A DNA stretch of 61,144 nt, counting the filler. It is 4 parts of 4 records of this genome, joined end to end, with 100 filler letters (N's around TTAATTAATTAA, not from the genome) between each part and the next. Parts side by side here need not be neighbours in the genome. Positions count along the whole stretch, not along the records: positions 25,622 to 43,812 come from DRR378314_2006; 3 more parts are not named here. One strand, given 5' to 3'. The position numbers and the translations under genes were made by a program. Positions 29,598 through 40,004 of this stretch are shown piece by piece. Below the pieces are notes generated by a model, which was given only the letters and a program-made list of their open reading frames with translations, made no database searches and was not told the DNA's origin. Every line of letters starts with the position of its first letter. Within the stretch, counting starts at the first letter, position 1.

Positions 29598-32500
29598 TCT
29601 TCCGAGCGAATCTGTGCTTTGGGGGAGTCGCACACAAGAATCACGTTGTGCTGGAATCCAATTCACAATCCGGCAATATTACTTTCGATACGAACGTGAA
29701 GTTCTCGTGCCGTTTCTTGAAAGACAGAGAGACCAGTACGGAGCTCGTCGTCGGGCTGTCGGCTGGCACGCGATGTCTGCAGGATACCGTACCCGTAGCG
29801 TACACCGCCACACCGCATGTGAGGCAGTGTTGCACTATAGGCGCAACGAGCTGAGCCATCCAATTCCCTGCTCCAGCCGTGATAGCTTTTGTACAGATGG
29901 ATGCTTCACAACAATAAGCGATGTCACGTTGCTTTACGAGAATAAGCTACAAAAGTCAATGTTCCGATTCCTGAGCGCAGAGCTAACGCAATTGCGCACA
30001 GATGGCAAAGCACGCTCGTCAGAGCAGTTCGATTCTTTGCCGTGGCTGCACCAACGCCAGGGTCAAGCGCCGGCACACCAAACCGGGAGAAAAAAAAAGT
30101 GCATGCAGCCCGACCGAGAACCCATCCATCAAATTCCCGACGCTACATTTCATCTTGGTCTTGGAGGTGGGATTGTAACTTTCGTGAGACTTTGCAAATG
30201 CCGATGAACGCGGCGTGCGCGGGGAGGCGGCCGTCGTCGCGTGGCAGCGCATTGCCGCGGCAAGCGCGCGAAAACAAGGCGGGCGCGGCGAACAGGACCT
30301 CGGCGCCGAAAACACACGCAACAACAGCGCAATAAGCCCCGGAGAGAAAGAGAGTGCTCACGGAATTCAAGACGGCCATTTTGAATAAGCTGAGACAATC
30401 GCTTTCCGCAACCACAACATACAGGGCTAGGCAGGGCGAGGGCGCGATCCTCGGCAAGTTCTCGTGCTGCGAGCGCGCTGACCGCGCTCTTGCAGTGGTA
30501 GGCGGTCGCGCGGACCGCTGCGCGCGCACTACCGCCGGCACAAGCGAGCGCGCGCCGACGCTCGGCTCTCGGACACGCAGCGCTGCCGTGTGCCGCAAAC
30601 GAGCGCGCCCCGCACCGCTACAGCAGGCATCTCACTTGGGAGCTCAGAGTTGAGCCTACAGGAGGGTGGCATACGGTTCCCAACCCGGCCCTACATTCGC
30701 CTTGGATGCCAGCCAGCGGCGGGGCAAAGCGATGCACCGCACACCTGAGCGGAAAGCTGCCCTGGTAGACGTAAAGCCCAATGATCACAGCGTCCAGCGC
30801 ATAGGGCAAAAGGACCGTGGGTTCTTCCGTGCAGCGGGGCAAGTGCGCTTCCTCGCACCGCGCGATATACAAGGGAATATATATGTACCCCTAGCCCGGT
30901 CGTGTAAACTAGGGTTAAATCACATTTTCGCTATTCGCGTCCTGTGGAGCACTGAAGGTACTACGAGATCGCCCTAGCCGGAGGAGCCCGTCTGAAGCGA
31001 TTGAGCACAAGCAGAGCCATTAGACGCCACACACGACCCGCATCCACACAAGATGCGTTCCGCGTGGTTTACCGACTGCGCGTCACGCACTCCACACTCG
31101 CGCCGGGAATGGAATACCGTGCGCTCGCAAACACCGGAGAATGAGAACACACATTTGCGCATGCCAAGAAATAAACGCGTTCGGCTCCGTCACTACTATC
31201 GCACGCGGGAAGTAGAGACCGTGGGAGCCAAATTCCCGCACGCAAAGTCGGGCCTCGCCCCCTCGAGAGAACTGCATATCACGCAGCGCCGACGACTGCG
31301 AGAGACCGGGCGCCTGCTATCGACAAGGCCCGCACGACCAGCTCCGGCAACTGCTCGTAGCGCGTTCAAACAGCAGTAGCAGAAGCGCCACGAGGGGAGC
31401 GAGCAGAGCGCCACGAATTTTGCAAATGGCAAAGCGATGACCAAAACTAGCTTCGGTAGACATACGTGTGTCGCTTCGGTCCTTCCACTGCAATTGCAGG
31501 ACGATCCTGCTCTGGGTGGGGGGCGGGTTGCTAAATCGACGCAACGCGCGCGGGGTGCGAGCGCAAACCGCTGAGACTCGTGTGCGGCCCGAGAGCACGC
31601 GCAGCTCATCTGCGGGAGCCATCGTCGGGCGTCCGGCGAATTGGGGAAGTTTGCACTTCGTAGGGCTGAACTGCCACTCCGCGCCAACGGGGGTCATGGC
31701 GGGCCTGCGTTCAAAATGCGGCAGCGGGCCAACGGCACGCGAGAACGAAACCTCTAGTTTCGCTCCCACGTAGGGAAGCGCTCCATCAGCACCGCCTCTA
31801 CCTCAAAACAAAATCTATAGAAAGAAAAGGCAATGTATATAGAAACTATACAGCAATTTGCATGCGCTTGTAGTGCCCGCGTGGGGCTCCCTTCAGAGCC
31901 GCGTTGGAAGAGAGCTGGAACGTGTGGGGCGGAGAAACCGCGGGCGCAGAAGTTCACTGCAGGGGGAACTCTTCGCGTCTCACGGGGCAACGAGCACGCT
32001 TGGGCTGTGGAAAAGAAGCACGCGCGACAGCCTTCCATGGAGATGCGATACACAGTCCAATTCACGCAGATTATTTAACAAATCCAAGTCTTTGCACCTT
32101 GCAACCCGACGAGCGGCAGAACTTTTCGGGAGAAAGCAGAGGCAAACTTCCCCAGCTCCCAGGTTGTGCTACGCCAGCAACAGGTACGGCGCTCTGCTAT
32201 TGATTTTCGAACAATCAACGGCACACAGCGCATTGCAGCATCGTCTCTTCAGCGACGCGGCGGTGCGCACGGCGGCCGCTTTCGCCGACACGACTGCCAT
32301 TCCCAGGACACTCCTCTACCCCATTTGAGGTTTCTACCAACGAATTTATGTGAACGCTTATTAATGTGATCGATTCCTAGTTCCGGGCGGGACGCGTTTG
32401 ATTGCCGCACACTACGCTAGCCGTCCGAGCGAATGGCGCGCCCCTGGTCGCTGCGTGCGCAGGGGTGCGTCGCGGCACAGCTGCGCTGCGCGTCGCCCTA

Positions 32501-32896
32501 GACACAAACCTCGCAATGCAACTCGCAAAAACGAGCTCGGCGATTGTGCCCGCGATCTGCATGAAAGCACCTGCCGTCTTCGCGAAGCGTATCGCAGTAG
32601 GTGCCCACTACACGTAGCTCTTTCCCCTTGGCCTAGCGTTGGCAGAGTGACGAAGTCCGCATGGGCAGCGTTGCACTGGCTCTACTACAGGTTGTAGTGT
32701 GCAAGGCCGTGCCAGCGAGATCGCACACGGCACGGTCTGTCCCCACGAAATTTGCGTCGATGTAAAGCTACATCTCTCAATTGCAGAACAAAGTGCAGAA
32801 TAGCGCTCGCTGTGACGGAAATGGCGGTGCGTAGGCTGCGGGGCTAAGCGCCAGCCTCTGCGCAGTTCGCCACGGGGGTAGCCAGGTGCAGTGCAG

Positions 32897-32930
32897 TGGT
32901 GTGTGTGTGTGCGTGTGTGTGCGTGCGTGC
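32897..32930. repeat. (GT)n/(GTGC)n microsatellite
   Basis: gtgtgtgtgtgtgcgtgtgtgtgcgtgcgtgc. Confidence 0.8.
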
Positions 32931-33894
32931 GGCGCCACGTCGCCACGCAAAAGCTACCGTTAGGCCGCGCGTGAAAGCATGGGGCCGAACGCAACCAACG
33001 TCTGGGCACGAAAAACAACCTCCGCACCCGGCACTCAGTGCCGTATGTTCGCTCCGTCGATCTTCAGATGTAGCACGACAAAAAGACTGACCTTGTTATG
33101 CGCGTGACGGGCCAACAACAAGGAGAAAGTCGCAGGCGCAACGTGCAGCACGCAGTGTGAGGGCGCTTTTTTGCTCGTCGCACGCTGCAACACTGACCGC
33201 GCGAAGCACGAATCCGGTTCCACACAACGCGCTCGTTGTAGAGCACGAAGCAAGGAGACATGTTTCAAAGGACGTTTTCGGATCAAAAGTACAGCCCTTT
33301 CGCGTTTTGCTGCTCTGTTTGATTTCGAACGGTGTCACGCAACGCACTGTATTTGAACGGTATAATGGTTTAGGTTCGAGGGTGTGAGAATGTGCGATTG
33401 TGCCGTTTGACAGCGGACGCCATGCTTTGGGTTTGCGTAGTGGGTGTGCACCAGAAAGTCTCTTCCCGCCAAACTGACCCTCGCGCGCCCGCAGTCGCTA
33501 TCTCTTGAGTGAGGTCCGGAAAGAAAACCCAGCGTTTGCACGGCGCCTTCCAAGCGAGCTGAGGGTTTCTGGCCATACCTTTCACGACCATCATAGGAAA
33601 TATTCTCAAGTACGTGAATAGCTGAGGAGAGACGAAAGGGAGAGCGGGTCTGTCGGCATGAAGTGGCAACGCACGTACTCAAGTGGCAGTCACTACTTCT
33701 CTGCCGACTTGGGCACCGAGTCCGCCATGCCTTGCTATTTCCTATTGCTTGCACTCTTCCAAGGCGAAGCGTCTTTGTTATCGTCGTATCGCATTCCACC
33801 ATAATATATGGAAGGATTTGATTGTTGTTGTTGCTGTTGTTGTGTGTGTTTCCTCATTGTTCTGTCGATGTCTTTCTCGTGTCCTTTGCCGCAG

Positions 33895-34530
33895 TGCTGC
33901 GACCAGTCTTGTCGTCGGTACCGCTTGGCGTGCTGTTGTTTGTGCACCGGTGGTATGCGTACGTATTTCATGCTGCAGCCTTTCTTCTTCTGCTTTTTAA
34001 ATATGCTGCCCTTCCCTACCCGGGTCATATTTTTGGATTAGAAATTACTCTCTGTATACTATTTTTTGTAATCGATTTGTACCGAATCTACGTTGGAAAT
34101 GCCGGAAATCGTACGGAGCACGCTCGGAGCACAGCAGTGTTCGTCGCTCTGACAGGAGTTTGCGCGCTGGCACACTTGTATAATTTCATCTACCAAGCAT
34201 TCATGTACGTTCTTTGTGCAGCGTCGTGCACGGCTATCCACAAAAATATTGACATATCCTACCTATGGCAAGCAAATCTTCCGCTTCGGCGTATCCGAGG
34301 GCGGGCACGGACAACGTAGAGGACAGATGTGGTTCGCCGCCACTCGAATGGTCACCACCACCAAAATTCTGCGTGTTGTACACACAAATGTCCTTCCGTT
34401 GTTTTGTTTTTTTTGCCGCAGACTGCAGATCGACCTAATACTGAACGGTATTGGATTGGTACTAGATGCGCTTGAACTTCCCTTTGGAGTAGTTAGTGTT
34501 TTCCTTTTTGCCAAACGAGGAACCATGTGA
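33895..34530 (+). CDS. TMEM17/TMEM216/TMEM80-family ciliary transition-zone membrane protein
   Basis: Exons 33895-34204 and 34422-34530: LSSVPLGVLLFVHRWY..LFKYAALPYP..RIYVGNAGNRTE..YQAFILQIDLILNGI; start probably on a small upstream exon. Confidence 0.82.
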
Positions 34531-35272
34531 GTATACGAAAGTTGCCTTTTCAGGTTGGCTGCGACTTGAACGAAGCGCACGCTCTGCTCTTGGCATTTCC
34601 GACTGACTATGTGCAGCTCAAGTTTCTCCATGCGACGCATTTGCTGCACGCCTTTCGAAAGCCCTGTGCAAAATCAAAAAATGTTGTGTCTCTCTTGAAT
34701 AAAGAACGTAGCGCAAGAGCAGGATGACCATAGCGAAAGCTGACATGCTTCGCTATTCCGGCGCGGGAAGGAGCACGCTCTTCTCAGCCTACATACTGAA
34801 ATTTCCTCTCACTTATACCTGCAGTGCTCGAAAAGAGGGAACACTGAAGGCCAACGCTGCCTTGCCGGGGATTGGTCAAATGGCTGTGCGTAGCAGTCAC
34901 ATGGTCTAGTGCTGGAAAAGGAAAGCGTTTCGTTCAAGTCGCTCTCACTTTTCGTATTCGCGCGTTGCACGGCTTCGGTGCTCGTCAAGATCCCGTGTCG
35001 ATCGTTGCAGGTCTCCATTTTATCGAGTACTACAACCTCTGCGCGCACACAATCCATTTATTAGCAGAGTAGTACCCACTGACAGCGCGCACGATCAGAT
35101 TGCATAAGCAAAACTATCTGGATTGCAAAGAAGAGCTTCTTGATCTACCAACAATTTGTCTACGCGTAGCATCGGTGTCACAATGTTTGCGTCGAGTCGG
35201 CGCGGTGGCAGGGCTGAAAGTGGACAACGCTTGTATGCTGCCATATGCTGTTTGTACGGCACGTTTTGGCCC

Positions 35273-38200
35273 TTACGTCTTTGGCAGGGCACGCGATGAT
35301 CTTCCTTGAGACCAACTCCATCCTCCTCCCGAGGATGGCAAAAATTCCTTTGACGGTGAGATTGCATGCTTGTTTCTGGATCGCTCGGTTCGCCGTCGGG
35401 GCTCAGCCTGGGCGCTACTGTTTCGCCATCCTGCTACCAAACTGTACCGAAGAAGAAGATTTGGGGAAGGACTCGCTACAGTAAGCGTGCTTCACCCCAT
35501 GCAGAAAACACAGCAACGGCCTAGTCTCTGTCCTTTGGCTGCGCGCAGTTCTATTCAAAGATTTTTCAAGTGCACTTTGAATCAAACTTTAGAGTATGAA
35601 ATCGCACGAGAAAGGGGACTCCACGCATTGAGGGCGCACAATCGCTCGCGCTGCGAACATACCCCGCACTCAACGTGTACTCTCAACAGGAGAAGCTATT
35701 GCGGCAGCGAACCAAGTCCGCGAATACGTTCCCTCCAGTGCTCAGTACTCATTGATGTCCACCCTTTCGCCGATCTCGCTAACCCCCCCGTGGTATGTAC
35801 GTACCGAAGTGTATTCATAGTCTCCTGGAAACAGATATCAGCAGGGCTCACGTGTGCGATAGATAGAATGAAAGAGTCTTCTGTGAGGCTGTCTTGGAGG
35901 AACCGCGTCAGTACCGAGTCCCTGTAGGGCGGCAGAGTCGGCTGTCCTCTTCCCAGCGAGGCCATCACATTGGCAACCGCCAGCAGCGTGCGCTCTTGAT
36001 CCGTGTGCTGTCTCTACAAAAAGGCGGGGTTCGATAACCACGAAATTCGGCTGAAGTGATGCTGATGCGCTGTCTCGACACAGGATAGGAAGACCAAGCA
36101 AGAGATACGGAACGTCCCGGTCGCAAGCGCTGCCGGTTCAACTGTGTTGTAGCGCATATAGTTTTTACCCTAGTTTCTCCCGCTGTTTCACTCGCAGTCG
36201 CGCTACTCTTGCACAGAGATGTGATACACCTCCAAACTTTTGTGTACCAGCGAGAAAACGATGCCCGGCTTCTGTGCCTCGTTCTCTCCTTCTTTCCTCG
36301 ATACATTTGCTGCGCGCGCACCTGCACAGTCTTCGGGACGATCCCCTTGCGCGTCCTGTCCCGTCTGTCGCCGCTGGCAAGCTCGACAATGTGTATCTTG
36401 CCGTGGGTTATTTTTTGCAGCTTGTTTGTATGAAGGGAGTCTTCTTTGAACTAGTATTTCCGGCGAAAACATAAAAGTAACGGAATGAAAAGAAGCTGAT
36501 ATATTTGCCGGAAAGTGTGAAGAGTTGCGCTATGACACCACGTGGACGTTCGCTGTTCCAGAAGAAAGTCGAGAAGCCACTATCGTACCCATTGCATTCT
36601 CACTCAGCGGGTAGATCGATACGGATATTTATGAAGCTGTAGAGCATGTACCATCTTAAATATGCCCAAGGAACAACGAAAACGAGTGCAAAGAGATCGA
36701 TGAAGTAGCATTTTCCTGAGATACTTCATCAAGGGAACACTTTTGGCGCTGATCATTGGCACTGCTCGCATTCTAGTACGAGCGCTACGACGAACTGGTC
36801 CTAGTTGCGAATCTCACACGATACTTCCCTCCTGCGTGACGCATAGACGTACATTTTCAACAGAGACTGAAACGACTGTATTTGTTCCCATAGCAAGTGA
36901 AGAATTCAAGTCCGCAATCGCATTGACGAAAAGGTTGCAGTCCTCCTGTGACCGTAGAATTGCCCTATTGAAACAGATCAGCGCCACGGCCTTTGTGAGT
37001 ACGTGCACCTGTCGCCTACTCGCCAACACGATACGCGCTGAGCAAGCTGAGGGGGGTTCTCGCAAAAAAACAGAGATCTTTTGCTTCTAAAGCCTCATCA
37101 TGGTATCAAGTAGCTTGGTGTCAATGCCGCGGGAAGCGATGCAGCTATCCGGTGCGCTAAAATCCAGCGCAGGAAGACTTCATAGCTCCCTCGCTCTTAC
37201 TTGCGCTCGACGAGCAAGCAAGGACGGTGCTCGCAAGAGCTTCGCGTTTCACATGCAACCAGATACTACCGGGCGTACTTACATAGTGATTCCCTCAAAA
37301 TACGGTCCACTTTTGTTCATTCGTAGCTGCAAGGGAGTCTGATGACGATTATTGAAAGAAATTGGCAATATTGTACGCGTCTGTCGTGAGTAACTGCGGT
37401 AGAAAGCCAGGAGAGGTCGAGCTGGAGTGATAAATGCGTGTGATCTTGCATAAGTGGAGCAAATTGACGACGGCTGCACACCCGCTTTAGCCTCTGTGGC
37501 GGGTTTGAAGTCTTGTATAATGTAAGTTCTGACAATTTTCATCGGGTATAATTCCTCTGGGGTCGCGTATGCAAGAACTTCAATGCACGTCTCTTTGCAA
37601 GAGGGCAGAGATGCACCGCGGAGTTTCTCTTTGCTCTCATTTTTGTTTCTCACCGACTCCTTGCGTCTTGCGGTCTTGTGGCTAGGAGAACAAAATCAAA
37701 TGAAAATTTACCTGCGAATGAACATTTTCTGCGAGCAGATCGCGGCCGACTTCTCCGGCTATCTGGATGTATGTGGCTCTGATCCGGCATCGAAGTTCGC
37801 TGTGCTTCGCGCTAAGACGATCGATCTGGTGAAGCAGCTCCTCTAGTACGTATGCAAGAAGTCCCTTGGTGCTAAAAAAAGGAGACGAAGCGGATTCATA
37901 CGTGTACGTAACTCTTAGTGATTTCACGAAGACGATACTTAGCATCAACACAAAATATTCTCTCGTTATGTTCAACGCGTATGTTGCTCAGTCCATTTCC
38001 GCTGGAACGCACTCGCAAGCTTGCCAAACGAGCGCAAATTCGCTCTGCCGTTCCAGCTCTTGCCACGAGGTGCCTCGCATTAGTTGCGCACGATTCCTTG
38101 GTTTCTTGTTCGTCAATGTACTTTCAATTGATGGTACAATGTTAGTCAACATTTAAAAGCTTTCGTCTGCGCTAAGGAGGATAAGAGACACCGAAAGCTT

Positions 38201-39619
38201 GCTTTGACGTACTCATCTGAGCTAGTAGACCCCCCCTCTGTAGTTCCTACATTGCCTCCGCGTTGTGATTCCTCGAGAGACCTTGCCCCAAAAATTGTAT
38301 GGCTTTTCCCTGATCCCGGCTGTCCTACTGCAAAAACAGTCGACTTGAGTCCTGATATTGTCAACGGTATACGGACGAAAAAAGAAGGAGCTGCATCAAT
38401 CAGATATCCGAGTGCTATTTGCGAATTTGTGCCGTATCCATTGCTTGGTTTTCCAAGCGTGAGAGCACTTTGGCATGCTACATGCTCCGCCCTCTTTTCA
38501 CACCTTCAATTGCTCTTTCGACCATAGTGGGGCCGTATGAGTCAAAAATATTCCTATTTGAGAAATAGTCTGTTTGATTGGGCGAGAAAGACCAATGCGC
38601 TTGGTCCACCTGGACGGTCAGGCAAAAGGGTAACAGCACAGAGCCAGGGCCAGCCATGAGGATTCTGTATGCAGCCGCTCTTCTTTCCTGTTGCACACGA
38701 AGAACACCCTCTCCTCCCAGCCCACGCTCTTGGTTGCGCATCCAGGAAAAATTGCGTTCAGCCTCATGATTTAGCGGTTTTGCATACCTCGTAAGTTTTA
38801 ACAGTGCCAGAAATGGGGTGGATCACATGGGCAATATTTCGTTCGGTCTTGATGACCAAATTGGACTCAAGCGTTGTCTCCCTGCTCAGCAACGAAGCGA
38901 GAAAGGAACGAGTTAACTTTGGAAAGAAGACTGTGCCGGCATCGTTCGTATATTGCATGACGTGAAAATATATATTTGAGCCTGCATATTATATTCAAGT
39001 ATACGATACGACAAAGGAAATAGACTCTGCACAACCCTTTCCTGTGGACTGTTATATCCACTTCTTTGTAGGCCGATGCAAGGCTTGTGAAAGATGTGCC
39101 CGAACTCGTACGCAGGCTCCAGGCAGACGCGCTTTTTATCCTCGAATAAGTTTGTTTGCGATATGCTGCGCGAATAATTTTGACACTGTCGTCGCTAAAC
39201 CTGCCGATAATATGATATTCTGCATGTTTATGTATTGGCGAAGGAAGTATTCATGCAGAATCTGTACTATGGTGGGACTCAGGATGCATATCCATATGGT
39301 CAAGACTTCACAGAAGTCGACGCGGGTCACAAATCTGTCCCCCGATACTGGCAGCAGCCTACGAAGACGTTCACAGCGAGGAAGGAGAAGAAAAAAAGGA
39401 GTAGCACACTGCACAAAAGATCGGTTTTGTTCATGTACCTGTGATTAAAGGGCCTCACACGAACTGATGTGCGTAGAAACGAAGAGGATGGGGCAGCTTT
39501 CGCGAGCGCTGGGTGCGCGTCGCCCTCCTTGGACAAAGTTTCCGAACGAACAGACGTGTGCCCAGCTGTAGAACCACTTTCGCCCGGGCTTTGCGAGCGT
39601 GGCACTGCATTGTGCGTAT
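35273..39619 (-). CDS. Divergent kinesin motor-domain protein (probable pseudo-kinesin), at least 10 exons, 5' end uncertain
   Basis: Exons 39619-39439, 38881-38788, 38609-38504, 38351-38213, 37871-37712, 37338-37283, 36964-36853, 36450-36322, 36013-35805, 35441-35273 splice in phase. Motifs: SVRVRPFN, AHWS, GQPGSGKSHT, ATYIQIAGEVGRDLL, GPYFEGIT, KIHIVELASGD, PPYRDSVLTRFLQDSL, ETMNTLR. Confidence 0.85.
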
Positions 39620-40004
39620 CTGCAGGAGATAACTGAGGAATGTTCATCCACAGAGCTTCCTGATGATAGATACAGGGACACGAATGGCAGCTCGAGGGCA
39701 CTGGCCTCCCAGCAGAGGGCAAGGCGGTCGGCGCCTGCGGGTTTGCATGCGAGGGTGGCGCAGAGCGGACGGCTCGCGGCGAAGCGGGGCTCACGCACAC
39801 CCTTTCGCCAGAAATCCAACAGCGGCGGGAGGTTATGCGCTCCGAACGCTTAAAAATAACAGAGAGAAACGAAATCTCTCAGACAAAGCATACGGGTTTG
39901 TGCGAATATCTCTTTTCTCGCACGGGAGCAAAATCGCATTGTATTCTTCACCGGTACGGGAGCGCCACGACGTCGGCACGCAGGCCATGAGCATCGGCGC
40001 CAGC

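Noticed and set aside
36600-36720. IDLPAE and GKCYFIDLF as alternative switch II exons, or TGA reassignment
   Set aside because: Flanked by stops or in the wrong phase; exon 36450-36322 fits both phases; TAA, TAG and TGA all end confident genes, so the standard code holds
37425-37455. ARSHAFIT peptide resembling kinesin switch I in ORF 37279-37653
   Set aside because: It lies in an intron upstream of the GPYFEG exon, the wrong order for switch I; the phase-consistent model skips it
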